Below are positions 1 to 13,559 of a DNA stretch of 64,000 nt, piece by piece. This stretch comes from the human T2T-CHM13v2.0 reference genome, Homo sapiens, in NCBI RefSeq assembly GCF_009914755.1, contig NC_060933.1, one strand, 5' to 3'. A model generated the notes under the pieces. That model worked only from the letters and a program-made list of their open reading frames with translations, did no database searches and was not told the origin of the DNA. How positions within the stretch are numbered: the first letter of the stretch is position 1; every line of letters starts with the position of its first letter. The position numbers were made by a program, and so were the translations under genes.

Positions 1-129
1 TATTCAGAAGATGGAAGTTATAATGTGTTTTCTTTATTTAATAAACATCTATCTATGAAATAGGAATTGGGTTCTAAGCATAGTAAAGGATAAAGAAAAA
101 ATAAATGGAAGGAAATTAACACTTATTAA

Positions 130-295
130 AAGGTGGCAATGTGTTCCACACACTTATTCTTCATGATACTTCCTTGTGGTAACTGCTGTTCCTGCTTTAT
201 AGATGGAGTGAGGTAAATTTCCCATGGTCACATGGCTGTTAACACGGGACTCCGAATTCAAGACAGACACATTCTGCCTCTAAACCACAGGTTTC
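130..295 (-). mobile_element. MIR fragment
   Basis: Diverged MIR core in reverse orientation (tttatagatggag...aaatttcccatggtcacatggct...gaattcaag). Confidence 0.6.
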
Positions 296-539
296 TCCAG
301 CCTCTGCCCAGTGTGGCTTGAGCTGGCATGAGAGGGAGAATGGCCTTTAGGACCTCCCCACTTGGAATAACAATTCACTTCCTGGCGAGAAAACAGGAAG
401 CCCCCAATATGGTCCCTTCCTGACTATCCTCTCTCTGAAACAAGTAGGTCTTCCTCAAATTCTTTTCATGATTAAATTTTATCCCTAAAGGCCCCAAATG
501 AGGTCACTTATATCTGTGAGTTCCAGTTCTACTTCACCT

Positions 540-850
540 ATTTAATTAACAAATTTTAACCCAGTGCCTTCCCTGTGCCAAGCTTGAGACCACACCACCA
601 GATATTTAAAGGCTGACCTTGCCTTTAAGGAGCTCTCAGCCTGGCAGAAGAAATGGGACATGAGCATAGATCATCAAAATGCAAGGCAAACACAGATGAG
701 TAATTGCAGTGATGTGAAAATTTTAGGAGAGATCATCCAGGTAAAACTTCCAGACAAGAAGACATTTGGAATGGCCTAGAAAGAGACATTGAAGTTCCAT
801 ATGTGGCATTGGCATAAAACATCTCAGGTTGGGGAAAGGTATAAGCAGAG
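540..850 (-). mobile_element. L2 3' fragment
   Basis: ctgtgccaagc...ccttgcctttaaggagctctcagcctggcag resembles the reverse complement of the L2 3' end. Confidence 0.55.
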
Positions 851-1589
851 GCCTGGAGGCTGATACTGAGGAGCCTGCAAGAACAGCAGGAAGGAGTGCA
901 GTGAGGATGAAGCTCATGTGGATGCAGTGAGGAGTGGGTACTGGATGTCTTTGCCCACTCTGACACTGACATTCAAGAGTTTGATTGGATTCCTGGTTAT
1001 TCTCAGGAGGGGCTGCAGCAATCTTTGAGGCTGGTGCAAGGCTGAGCACTTCTATCTTTGTGCAGTCTTTCTCCTTTTGATCAGTCCCTGGACATATGAA
1101 ATCCACCTCCTCTCCTCATACTCAAGTATCAAACCTCATACTTGTATTCAAAATGGTGTCAAAAAAAGGAGAAGAAAAGGGCAATTGATTTGAATGTTTC
1201 AGTCATTTCCTTGGGAACACACTGAGCTTTTACTCTGGGGTGACTGTGAAAAAGACTCTGCCTGTGATTAGATCTGTCAGGCAGTGGCTGTGTTACACCA
1301 GATACCTGGGGAAATAAAACCACGGGCAATTGCCAATGTCTGCATGCCCAGAGAGCTGTCTGCCGTGCAGTACAATAACGGGCAAGTTTGTGTGCATGCG
1401 TATAGGAACCATTTGGCCAGGACTTGGCAGGGGGATTCTAGATTTGAATCAGGGTGGGAAAGATGATCTCTAAGGCTCCAACTCAAATCTCGGATTGCAT
1501 GACTCTGTATATGCAGCCAGAGGCACACAATGAAAAGATGGCTAAGGGTATGTAGAGTGAACAGGTAGGTCCCCACTTTACTTCCCATC

Positions 1590-2200
1590 TTATCTGTATC
1601 CATTTCAAATACCATGCAGCTACCAGAGTGCCATTTCTACAAAATAAATGCAACCATGTCATCCTCCCTTTCCTGCTTAGAAACCTCAATGTTTCCAATT
1701 ATCTAGAGGATAAAGTCCAAACCACTCAAGACTTACCATGACCTAGCCTCAGACTAATTTTCCAGCTTCATCTCTCATCAGTCCCCACTTTACCGTTTAC
1801 ACTCCAGCAACAGTGGCTTTGCAGGTCCTGCACTCACTTCCTGCTTATATTGCTTTCCTCTTGCCCCCCACCCCCCCGCCTCTCTCTCACACACACACAC
1901 ACACATCTAAAATGTCTGTCTCAATCTTGCCTCCCAGTTAATATTACCCCATTTTTCTCAAGACTCAGTTCTTACCTCTTTTAGAAACCTTCCCTGATCA
2001 TACTAGTCTCAGAGTGGTGCACACATTTCTATCATATCCTTAAAATATTGAATTATAAATAGCTATCTACTTATATGATTGGGTATTTGACTTCATGGAT
2101 CTTTGAGTCTCTTGTGCCTAGCACACACAGTGTCTGGTTCAGTGATGAATAGTGACTGTTAATTGCATAAATATTGAATGGAAAGGATGGATGGATAGTA
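1590..2200 (+). mobile_element. L2 fragment containing a short (CA)n at ~1888-1905
   Basis: gcagctaccagagtgccatttctacaaaataaatgcaaccatgtca...; ends gtgcctagcac...ataaatattgaatgg, the typical L2 3' terminus. Confidence 0.65.
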
Positions 2201-2709
2201 GATGGAAAAGTATCTAAAAAGTAGATAAATTCCCAGATTCTATTGCTAATCTCAGCGAGGTGTTATTTTCTTTAGTTTTAGTGAAGGAGCTACTGTGGCA
2301 CAGAAAGGCAAATGTCACACAGCTAACACTAACCTTTAAAATCACAAAACAAGCTCCTTGTTCCTGACATAGTTCTCATTGCTCACTCCTCTGTCCTCTG
2401 GCACTCCTCAGTGGCTAAGTACCTATTGCATCTTGAATCCTGAATGACCTAGACCTAGAATTCTACAGCTCAAAAGAACCTAAAAGAAGATCCATCCTAG
2501 TATGCCCCCCACTTTCTCTTTTAGTAGATAATTGATAGCTATAAGGGTCAATACTTCATTCATCCTTCAAAATCCTGCTCAGTTATAACCACTATTGCCA
2601 TCATGAGTAAATGTAGAATTATGACTGTGATAGATGCTACAGGGAAGTAGGTGGCACAAGAGCCTATGATATAATAACACTAACCAAGTCAGCAGTCTGA
2701 TGAGTAGCT

Positions 2710-3900
2710 AATTAATCATTAAGTAAATATTCATTGACTGAATACTCTGTGCCGGAGACTCTCCTAAGTGCTGAGTATGAAACAGTGAGTAAACAGTCAA
2801 CATCCCTGCTGTGTGGGGCTTACATTTTAGTGGGAGGGAAGAGACAATAAAGAAAGAAATAGATGCTATCTTGGAGAGTGATATGATAGACATTCACTAG
2901 CAAACAGTAAGTAGTAGTTCAAGAAGTAGAAAGAACATGGATAAGGTGCCAAAGGAGTGTGAGGTGATAGCAAACATTTTTGAGGAACCGAAAGAAAAAT
3001 TCCTTGGTTAAGATATGGAGACAAGAGTGTCACAGAAAGAGACCAGATAGTCATGTCTCAAATTATGGTGGGTCTTGAAAGCCAAGTTAAATTTGCATTA
3101 GCTCTTCAGTGCAAGAAAAATTGTTTGTGGGTTTTAAACAAAGAGTGGCATGATTAAATTGTGTGTTTGTGTACGTGTGTGTGTGTTTGTTTTAAATATC
3201 TAGTCATTGTGTAGAAAATGACTGGGAAGGGAACAGTAGTAACCCTGGAGAGATAGGTCTGAAAGATATCCCAGTAATTTAGGTGAGAGATAATGGTGGC
3301 TTGGACTAGGATGTAGAGGAGATATCAGGGGTGACACCTAGGGTTCTGTCCTGAGCAACAGGGTAGATAATGATGCCATTTAATTAGAGGGATGACACTG
3401 AAAGAGGAAAATATTTGGGAAAGAAAAAGTCATACTTCAAGAATTAAGTTTGGGCCATGTCATGGCTGAGATGCTCATGGGGCATCACATTTAGGGTATT
3501 TGTTAATAATTCGATTATCTGACTCTGTAGTTCACAAGAGACGGGCTGAAAATTTAATTCTGAATAACTTGAAATATAGAAAGACTATACAAAGTCATGA
3601 GAGTGGATGAACTCACCTAGGGAAATGTAGGATAAGATAAGAAGAAATTAGAAGAACCCCAATGTGAAGAGGAGTCAGCAAAGGAAATGAGAAGCAGAAG
3701 CAAAGGAGAAAAAAGGAGATTGTGATGTGACAGAGGCTAAGGTACGAGAAAATCTCAAGAAGAAAGAAGTATTGGATGCTGGTGGGATTTTGAGTAAGGT
3801 ACTGGCTGAGGACTGTTCACTGGCTTTGTGACAGATGGTTATTGGTCAGCATCATGTCCAGATACCATGTTTAACAATTTTTTTGATGAGTTGGCTGTGA
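2710..3900 (-). mobile_element. L2 (L2a-like) fragment
   Basis: cattaagtaaatattcattgactgaatactctgtgcc start; aggtgagagataatggtggcttggactagg and other purine-rich L2 reverse-strand motifs. Confidence 0.7.
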
Positions 3901-4276
3901 AAGAAAGTAATTGCTATCAAAAATATGAATAAGTATGACCTTTATTTTTGTTTTTAATATCTATCCACTTTTCTGGGCTGTAAATTTTTTAAGATCAGGG
4001 AACAAATTTCCTTTATTTCTGTACACTCAAGACCTTACACTTGAGTATACCCTGTATCCTCAACACATTTATCAGTTCATAGTAAAGCTTAGTAATATTT
4101 GTTAAGCAAATGAATAAATGAGGATTTAGAGAATATTTTGGACAACTATTTTCTGGAAAATTATAAAGTTACATTTCAAAAATATTCATGGCATTGGAAG
4201 TTAATTTTTTGGGAGCAATTATGCTGTCACACTGTCACTGTCAGGAAGATACTTTGGGTTGAAAAAATATAGTCTC

Positions 4277-4532
4277 CAAGTCTTTGCTATTGTGAATAGT
4301 GCTGCAGTAAACATACGTGTGCATGTGTCTTTATAGCAGCATGATTTATAATCCTTTGGGTATATACCCAGAGGGGTGGGGGGAGGGGGAAGGGATAATA
4401 TTAGGAGATATACCTAATGTAAATGACCAGTTAATGGGTGCAGCACACCAACATGGCACATGGCACATGTATACATATGTAACCTGCACGTTCTGCACAT
4501 GTACCCTAGAACCTAAAGTATAATTTATATAT
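4277..4532 (+). mobile_element. 5'-inverted (twin-primed) truncated L1PA (L1PA4/5-like)
   Basis: 4277-4370 is antisense end-of-ORF2 L1; 4371-4523 is sense 3'UTR (ggagatatacctaatgtaaatgac...taaagtataa); TSD atatagtctc at 4267-4276 and 4533-4542. Confidence 0.9.
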
Positions 4533-4959
4533 ATATAGTCTCTGCTCTGCTATTTTTTTGGGAAAAACATTCCATTGTGACTGTTGTCTCCTTAAATTTT
4601 GCCCCTTCTCTTTTTTTCCAGTGCTGTTGCCTCAAATCTGACCCTTATTATTTCTCATCTATTCTCATGCAATTTTCTCCCTTAACCCATAGCTGAATTA
4701 AGGCCCTTAAGTGCTCTGGGCACTGCAATAGCCTTGCTGCTACATATAAATTAAAATCAAAATAATGCCAACCTGTAAATCCCAAAGCTTATACATGTGC
4801 TCATATTAAGAGAACTTCCTTCTGTATTTCACTGCCTGGAAAAGTTTGGGTAAATCATGCAGCTGATGCAGCTCATTGGCCCCTGCATTATTGACACCCT
4901 AAGCATGAACTTAACCTGACTACTGAGGAATCCATTATCCTCTAGGCTTGCCTCTCTTC

Positions 4960-5770
4960 AGTCACCCTCTTTCAGAATGATCATAAATCACAGATTGAAG
5001 GTTTCACCTGAAATCCCTTATGGGCTCCCCATGACTGATAGAACAGAGTTCTTTCTCCTAGCTTGGCTTACAAGGTTTTCAATTTTATGGTCCCTCAAGA
5101 TGCCTTGTTCTCATCTGATGAAATAATCCACATGTGCTCCCTCCATTCTGGATTGTTTGTCGTTCTCTGAACACCCCTTGGGCTCCCTTGGATCCATGCA
5201 TTTGCACGGCCTGATCTTTCTGCCCAAAGTATACCTCTCTAGCTTCTTCACCCATCTAATTCCCCCATCTCTCCAGACCCAGCTAAAAGTCACCTGCTCT
5301 TCCAGGTCTTCACTGGGTGTTAGTTATGTGCCCCCACCTTTGCCATCACAGCACATTCATTTTTTTTGTCTACTCATTGTATTGCAACTGACCTTCCATC
5401 TTTCTCACATCACTCCTCCTAGCAATGATAGCCAACATTTATTGATCCTTTAATAAACTCTCCAGGGATTGTGTCATTTAACTCAATACCACTGTGTGAA
5501 GTAGGTATAATTATTATCTGTATTTCACGTATAATAAAATTCAGAACTACTGACTGGTCCAAAGTTACACAGATATCAAGTTCTAGTCCAGGAATTCACA
5601 ACAAACTGTCTGACACTGGATACCTACTCTTAACCACTACACTAGACCATGAGCTTCTTGAGTGCAAGAAATAAACCATTTTTATCTTTCCAGATCTTTG
5701 AAGGAGGCTGGGAACAATGAAAACAGTAGATAAATGTTTACTGTATGAATAGAATGAATGAATACATTTA
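4960..5770 (+). mobile_element. L2 fragment interrupted by a MIR (~5420-5640, minus strand)
   Basis: L2-like pyrimidine-rich body and 3' end (taaatgtttactgtatgaatagaatgaatgaat); MIR motif gtccaaagttacacagat. Confidence 0.55.
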
Positions 5771-7089
5771 TCTTACAATTTATTTCTGTTATCTTCTAGT
5801 GTTGCTAAAATATTTGATTATGTGAATTTTTATTTTATTTTTATTTCTATCATATTTGAATTAGAATTCAAAATAGAAAGGAGTCTAGCATTAACCAGAG
5901 AGTGGAAGCATTGGAAGGGCTTCCGCATGGATGAAGAATAAGATTTGTTTGGTAAGAGCTTGAATTAGGACAAAGGGAAGGAAGCAACAGGGAAACAGTG
6001 CTTACTACTGGGAATAAACACACTCTAATTTCTAGAGCTGTATAAAGATGGAATGGGTTGCTCAGTTAGGGGATAAGATCCTCCTTCCTGGAAGTATGCC
6101 GACAAAGGTTGAGGCTACTTGGTGAGATGTTGTAGAAGAATTTCAGTGATCTAATGATACATTTTATTGGATGGCCTTGAAGCTGTTTTCCATCCAGAAA
6201 TTTTATGAGTCCATGAAATAGAGAGGGGAAAGGGGAAGAAAAGAACAAAAATCTAAATAGATGAGATGATATATTTTAATTTTACTGTTAGTATAACTGA
6301 AAGTCTATATTTATACAAAAGCAACATTTGTTGGGATGTATCTGTTAAAGCAAAAGGAACAGAGATGGGAAGAAGCTAATTGAAATAACATACCATGGAG
6401 ATTTCTTTCCAGGATGTCAGTCCCACCATGCTCTTCCTCTACTCTTAAGCCTCCTCATTTCTACCACCTAGCTTGGAGGTCACTCTCCTGTGAGTGATGG
6501 GCTTTCCTGATACACAACCACAGAGAGCTAGAAATGGATCCTTTCCCTCAAATGGGCCTAGGAAAACTGCTCCAGTAGAGGAGAGATGGAAAAAATAAAG
6601 GGGCTCTCACACTGGTTGGGGAAGAATTTTGTGACTAAATGCTTCACTTTTGTGGGGAGGGATCAGAGTTAGAAATGATGTTTCCAATCCTAGCAGTAGG
6701 AGTGAGTAGCTCCATGTATTTCTAGGCTTCATGTTTTCCTGGACTTGTGGGAGAAAAAGAGATGAACAAAGAGAGACTTAAGAGTAGAGGAATGGCAGCT
6801 AGTGAGGCCACTACAGTCTTGGCTTGTTGGAGAGGCTAAGCCTAGAAGTGGGGATCAAGGCTGTGCCTGCGGGAAGAGAGGGTTCCAGCAGCAGTACCAG
6901 GGCCTTGGCAGCAGGAAGGGTGAGTCTGGCGTGAATGGGGTCATCAGGGGTGTTTGGGGAGGCCCTCTAATACCAAAGAGCTGTGGAGCTGGGGGATGGA
7001 AGCTGACATCCTAGTGACTTGACTGGTATGGCTGGCCTAAGAATGGCTCTTTGTTACCATCTCCTTGGAACTGTGAGATATGAATACTC

Positions 7090-7400
7090 TCTTTAGGTTT
7101 TACTTAAGCTCCTTGAAGGAGAAAAATCCTACCTTGTTCATATTTGTTTCCCCTGATTATAGCATAGTGCCTGGGACACCACATGCTAAATAGATGTTTC
7201 TTGAATGAACTGAACAAATAAATAAATGAATCAAGAGTAAGCACTAATTTTTATATGAGGGACTATATTAGACACCTGATAGGAGACGAAATCTACAAAT
7301 GAGGAAGACAGCACCCAGGTTCCTAAAGAGGCTTATGTCAAGTGGGGAAGCTGAAGTTACATATGATTAATACAGTGGAATAAAGAAAGTGCTGAGTTTA
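7090..7400. mobile_element. L2 3'-end fragments (plus then minus)
   Basis: agcatagtgcctgggacacc...tgaatgaa, then an opposite-orientation L2-like stretch. Confidence 0.5.
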
Positions 7401-7467
7401 GACTGAGTTTAGAAGTTACTTGCCTCAAATTCCACATGAGCACATTGGTATTTTGATATCAAAGGCT

Positions 7468-7542
7468 TTCCTCCTTCTCCTTCTCCTTCCCCCTCTCCCC
7501 TCCCCCTCCCCCCTTCTTCTTCTTTCTTTCTTTTCTTTTTTT
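7468..7542. repeat. CT-rich low-complexity polypyrimidine tract
   Basis: ctccttctccttctccttccccctctcccctccccctccccc...ctttt. Confidence 0.85.
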
Positions 7543-7549
7543 AACATCT

Positions 7550-8710
7550 GATTGTTGATGTAATATGTTGAATTTTGAATCCCATCTATTTTGAATAATT
7601 CCGAAAATGTTAAAAGGAAGGACATATATAAATTATAAGCTCACCATTCAGCAGTAACCTATTATTACAATTTTGGTGTATTGCTTTCCAGACTTTTTCT
7701 TTGAAATTTTTTCTTCACAATTGAGATCACACTGCACCTAGAATGGTATTATTCTTTCCTCTTCTCCCTTTACCATGTCATTAAAATATTCTTCTTAATC
7801 ATGATGTGGGGCTTTCTGGTAGCCTATGGCATGTCTGTACAATGACTCATTTAATAATTCTCTTTTTGTTGGACATTTAGGTTCTTCAAATTTTAATATT
7901 ATAAATAATATTGTACATTTCAGAGTAGTCTAGATTCCTAGAAAAGTAATTCCCAAAAAGCAAAATGCAGAGGTTATTTTTATAATATTTGATATACCTT
8001 GACAAATTGCCCTCTGGGATGATTGAACCAATTTCTACTCTTACTGGTTCTGTGTGCAAGTGTCTACCTTACTGCGTGTAGGGGCATTTTAAAATTCTGT
8101 CGTGGCACCAAGTTGATGTCAGAGAATTTTTCCCAACACTCTGGAGAGGGGAGAAATCAGATCGAATAGTTATATTTAAATGTATTCTACATCACTTTCT
8201 CATATTAAATTAGCAAAACAATATAATATTTACCTGGCACTGGCAAGTCTTGAGATGGTAACTCTCACATTGTTAATGGCAGAATAAAATGATGCAACAC
8301 TTTCAGAAAGGAATTTTGGGAATACTTTTTAAAAATCATCAGTGGTTATGTAATCTCACATCTGAAAATATTTCTCAAAAAACCAATCTGAAGGAAAAAA
8401 GCTACTTTCCTCAACAGGATAGAATGCAAAAAAAAGTTAAGCTTCCTATAAATGTTCAATATGGAGGGGAATGTCTAAATAAATTATGGAATATCTACTC
8501 AATGGACTAGCAGTGTATTTATTTTAAAATGTTATAAAATACTTGTGCAGATATAAGAAAGCAAAAAATTATTAAAACTTAGTTGTAATTATATGAATAT
8601 GACACCATTATGTGGGCAAGATGGAAAAGGGTCAATAAATAGAAAAGTCGGCTTTGTTGATGAATATGGAAGTAAACATGCACTTATAATGTATTTTTAA
8701 AAATTGTTTT
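7550..8710. mobile_element. Old L1M(E) 3' fragments (minus ~7550-8080, plus ~8190-8710)
   Basis: ttggacatttaggtt (antisense L1M); aataaattatggaatatctactcaatggact (sense L1M 3' region). Confidence 0.55.
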
Positions 8711-9336
8711 GTCTTCATTTTTTTCTCTTTATTTTCAGTTCCATAAGGCGGCTGTCTCCCTTTTCATCCCAAAGTAAAATCATGTATAAATGACTCTCTA
8801 AAAGGCATATAGTAAATGTTTTCAGGGTGAGATCAAGGTCACATGTAATATGAGATCCTTACGTATGACCTCAACCTGGGAGAGCCAAGGAAATCATACA
8901 GCAGTTTGTTTTCCAAGATTCAAAAAGACTCACCACTCTAGTCAGTTAAAGAAGAATTCCTACAGGCCTGGAGGAACTTCACAAAGATTGGAAAGAATGC
9001 ATTTGGCAGTGAGTCCCTGGCCTGAGCAGCTGATTTTTAGGGAGAGGGAAGGAAATCCCAGATAAAAGCAGATGTCATCAAGGACAATAGGTCTAAAGCG
9101 AAAGACGCAATGTGCTGTGAAGTGTCACAGAAACTCTCAGACAAACACACATTCAGAAACAGGTCTCCTAGCCCACCATGTATACCTGCCAACGTGTGCA
9201 AGATAGGGATCAATAAATGGAAGGGAGAAAGCACAATAGTGTCAAATCAAATTTTATAGGAATCAGTACAACTTGACTGGGTGGGGATCAAGGGTGAAAA
9301 ACGATAATTAAAAGTTAAATATATTTAAAAGAAATC

Positions 9337-9751
<415 letters not shown>

Positions 9752-9914
9752 TTAATGAGATATTGCCATAGAACTATTACTAACCACCTAGTTGAGGGAG
9801 GAAGTGATGACGCTCTCCTGCAAGGGGTAAAAAGCTGGCCCAACACTTGGGATTGTAAGAAATGTCAACATTTCTCATGTTTTCTGAGAATCTCCATTTT
9901 TTAAAAACAGAGCA

Positions 9915-10297
<383 letters not shown>

Positions 10298-10689
10298 TCA
10301 AGGTGGATTTGCTAAAGAATTGGGAAAACTGTGTAGGGACACTGGATTTATTTGTAATGCCTCAGCTTAAAGATGGCTTTTTGAAAAAGTTCAAAAAGCA
10401 GAACTTGCTATCTGAGAAATGGGATAATCAAAAAATGGAATTCTGTCTTCCAGATTAAAATGGAAACTGGCTGAGTCTTGACCCAGCCTGTCCCAAATTT
10501 TTACTAAAATCCACATGAAGATACAGCAGACGAAAACTCATAACAAACAAAAATAAAATTACAGGAAGTATATTTTTAGAATCTGGTTGAAATTTCACTC
10601 ATACAGCAACTTTTGGATTTGGATTAGGAGAGGGAATATGATAGACAAGAAGATCATGCAGAAGTGAAAATGTTGTACTGTGGGACAAA

Positions 10690-10745
10690 TAGAACTCCGC
10701 ATTACCGTCTTATCATTTGGTCAAGTAATTAACTTTACTAAGCCC

Positions 10746-10784
<39 letters not shown>

Positions 10785-11215
10785 GACAGAATTTCACTCT
10801 TGTTGCCCAGACTGGATTGCAGTGGTGCGATCTCGGCCCACTGCAACCCTCCCCACCTAGGCTCAAGTGATTCTCCTGCCACAGGCTCCTGAGTAGCTGG
10901 GATTACACACGCTCACAACCACACCCGGCTAATTTTTGTATTTTTAGTAGAGACGGGGTTTCACCATGTTGGCAAGGCTGGTCTCAAACTCCTGACCTCT
11001 GGAGAACCACCCTTCTTGGCCTCCCAAAGTGCTGGGATTACAGGTGTGAGCCACCGCACCCAGGCCTAAGCCTAAGATGTTTTTAATCATCTGCAAAATG
11101 GGATTCATATAGTATGTTCCACAGAGTAGCCAGGAAGATTAAATTAGAAGAGCTGATTCATGCACAGCACCAAGCACAGTGCCTGACACATAGTAAACAT
11201 TAAATAAATATTTAT
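10690..11215 (+). mobile_element. MIR interrupted by an Alu
   Basis: ggtcaagtaattaactttactaagcc...catctgcaaaatggg...cacagtgcctgacacatagtaa. Confidence 0.75.
10746..11066 (-). mobile_element. AluSq/Sp-like with (AAC)n microsatellite tail
   Basis: (gtt)n tail, tttcactcttgttgccc diagnostic, TSD ctaagcc at 10738-10744 and 11066-11072. Confidence 0.92.
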
Positions 11216-11514
11216 GACTTTTTCTCTATTCTTTTGTAAACATGATCTTCAGAGAACAGGAAGTTTCCCAAGGTGGTGGAGAGGAAGTAGGAGGAGGAAG
11301 GGCAGCGGCACATAATATCCTAGGAAACGGTGTCTGTTTCAACATTGTAGATGGGGGAGGAAAAAGGAAAAGCAGGGCATCCGGGGCACTGCAGCATGTG
11401 CAGAGAACCAGTGGGCAGAGTAGGAAAAGAGCTCCTCTCCAAAGATTTGTACCAGATAGAAACCTGCTGCACAAAAGGAAAAGGGCTGAGTTTGATGCTT
11501 GTCAGCCTGATCAA

Positions 11515-11698
11515 AGGTTGTCAGATAAAACACAGGCAGCTGAATTAAATCTAAATATTACATTATTATAAAATTATTTTAGCATAAATGCAGCTCATGC
11601 AATACCCAGGACATACTGATACTTAAAAATTATTAATTATCTGAAATTCAAATTTAACTGGGCATCCTGTATTTTTATTTGCTAAATCTGGCAACCCT
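11515..11698. mobile_element. MER53 palindromic DNA-transposon MITE
   Basis: Ends aggttgtcagataaaacacagg ... cctgtatttttatttgctaaatctggcaaccct; internal ggacatactgatactt resembles the MER53 core. Confidence 0.8.
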
Positions 11699-11859
11699 AA
11701 TTTAACCTCTGGCTGCATTTGTTAGGAGGAAGTTTGACTTGCAAAGAAATGGAGAGTGAATGAAGCTGCAGGAAATGCACACACCCTGACACTTGGTAAA
11801 CGCGGATTGAGTTTGGATCTTTCCTTCTCTTGAAATAAATAGAAAATACACCACCAACA

Positions 11860-13550
11860 ATAGAGGACCTATCAAAAGTTTAGCAGGAGAAGGGGAAAAA
11901 GCAATTCTGAAGATTCATGCAATCGGAATTTGAAAATATTAAGTACATAAAGCAGGAGAAAAATGTAGAAATGTTTTCATATCCCCAAGAAGTCTTGTGA
12001 TCTGGGAGATAAATAAAAAATTTTAAAGGACAAAATTTACAAATCAAGTTAACAAAGTGAGAAGAAGAGGTAGTCAAGGTGACATTCAACAAAAAGCAAA
12101 ATGTGAATAGCGAAATTGAAAGAATGTGTTTTGGAGGTGACAAGAGCGGAAATGATACTGCACTAAAGCAAATCCTGAAATGGAGTTGAGAATGGAGAAG
12201 TATTTCTATTCTCAGAGGAAAGGGGCAAGGAGGTGAAATTGGGAAGAAAAAAGCAGAGATCTGAACACAAATCTTTGGAGATTTGTGGACTGGAGATCCA
12301 CAAATCTCGAGTGACATGAAATCAGAACAATTACAGTATAAGCAAAAGCAAATACTCAAAACCAGAAAAGGAAGAGAGAGAGGAGATCAAATCTCGAGTG
12401 ACATGAAATCAGAACAATTACGGTATAAGCAAAAGCAAATACTCAAAGAAAACCAGAAAGGGAAAAGAAAGAGAGGGAAAAAAAAAAAAGAGAGAAGTCC
12501 TAGAAAACACTTGCAGGGCACTCAGACTAGGCAGACACTTAGCCTGTGTTAACTTTTTTAACCTTCACAACTTCCCTATGAGGTAGGTACTATGTCAACC
12601 CCATTTTACAAATAAGAAAATTGAAAGGAAGCATGTTTTTAACTTTGGCTTTCCTTTAAAAATTTTGTCCAAGGTCACAGGCCTAGTAAGAACAAAGCTG
12701 GGACTGAACCCAGACAGCCTGGCTCTAGAGCAAATGGTCTTAATTCCAAAGCTACTTGATATCTAGTGAAAGCATGCCATTAAAATTTGCATATGCAAAT
12801 TTTTAGCCTTCTCTTTATTATATCAAGGCAACATCAATAAAAAATGGCCACACCCCAAAACTTTCACGGAAATACTTGACTAGACAAAAAACAATTTTGC
12901 AAGCATCCAGGCTGCAAACAAAACAGAACAAAATAAGTTACTTACAGACGAACAAAAATCAGGTTAACCTGAGATTCCCTGCAATGCTAAATGCTAAAAG
13001 ACAATGAAAACATCTTTCAGAGTTCCGAGGAATGCTGGTTATGGACCAAATTGTATAACCAACCATGTTGTTGCTCATATGTGAAGTCAACAGCACTAAG
13101 ACATTCCATAACATGAGCAGGTTCAGAAACTATGCCATCATACACCCTTCTTGAAGGGATTAGTTGAAGACACATAATGTATTCTAGCTGATCAGTAGAT
13201 TAATCAAAGTTAAAAGCTCAAGCTTGGGGAATCTGTGGAAAAGGGGGCTAATGATGAGGAGGAAGGCGGGTAAATACAGAATCGTGGAGTCTAACTTAAA
13301 AGGATTATTGAAAATATTGTTTCAAAACTGAACACAAATGTCAATTAAAATGCTTGACATGGAAGATACATGATAAACAAAAGAATAATAATAAACAGTC
13401 TATATGTGCCAACTCCAAAATTGTATTTTAAACTGAAAGGTAGAAAGAAAACTGACTTGATTCCTCAACTAAACTGCTCGGTTGCAGAGGAAGTAGAGTA
13501 TTTAGTGTCATTTCTAACTTTGATATTTAAAGAGATGGGAGTCAATGAAT
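11860..13550 (+). mobile_element. Ancient L1M/HAL1-like ORF1-region remnant, interrupted by a MIR (~12505-12760, minus)
   Basis: A-rich sense strand; caagcatccagg...aaaatcaggttaacctgagatt...aaagacaatgaaaacatcttt resembles the L1 ORF1 C-terminal region; no open frame. Confidence 0.5.
12301..12478. repeat. 87-bp tandem duplication
   Basis: caaatctcgagtgacatgaaatcagaacaattac(a/g)gtataagcaaaagcaaatactcaaa at 12301 and 12388. Confidence 0.95.
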
Positions 13551-13559
13551 GCTTTCAGC

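Noticed and set aside
11242-11571. 109-aa basic ORF with NLS-like KRK motifs
   Set aside because: No recognisable domain or splice context; runs into MER53; consistent with chance in purine-rich DNA
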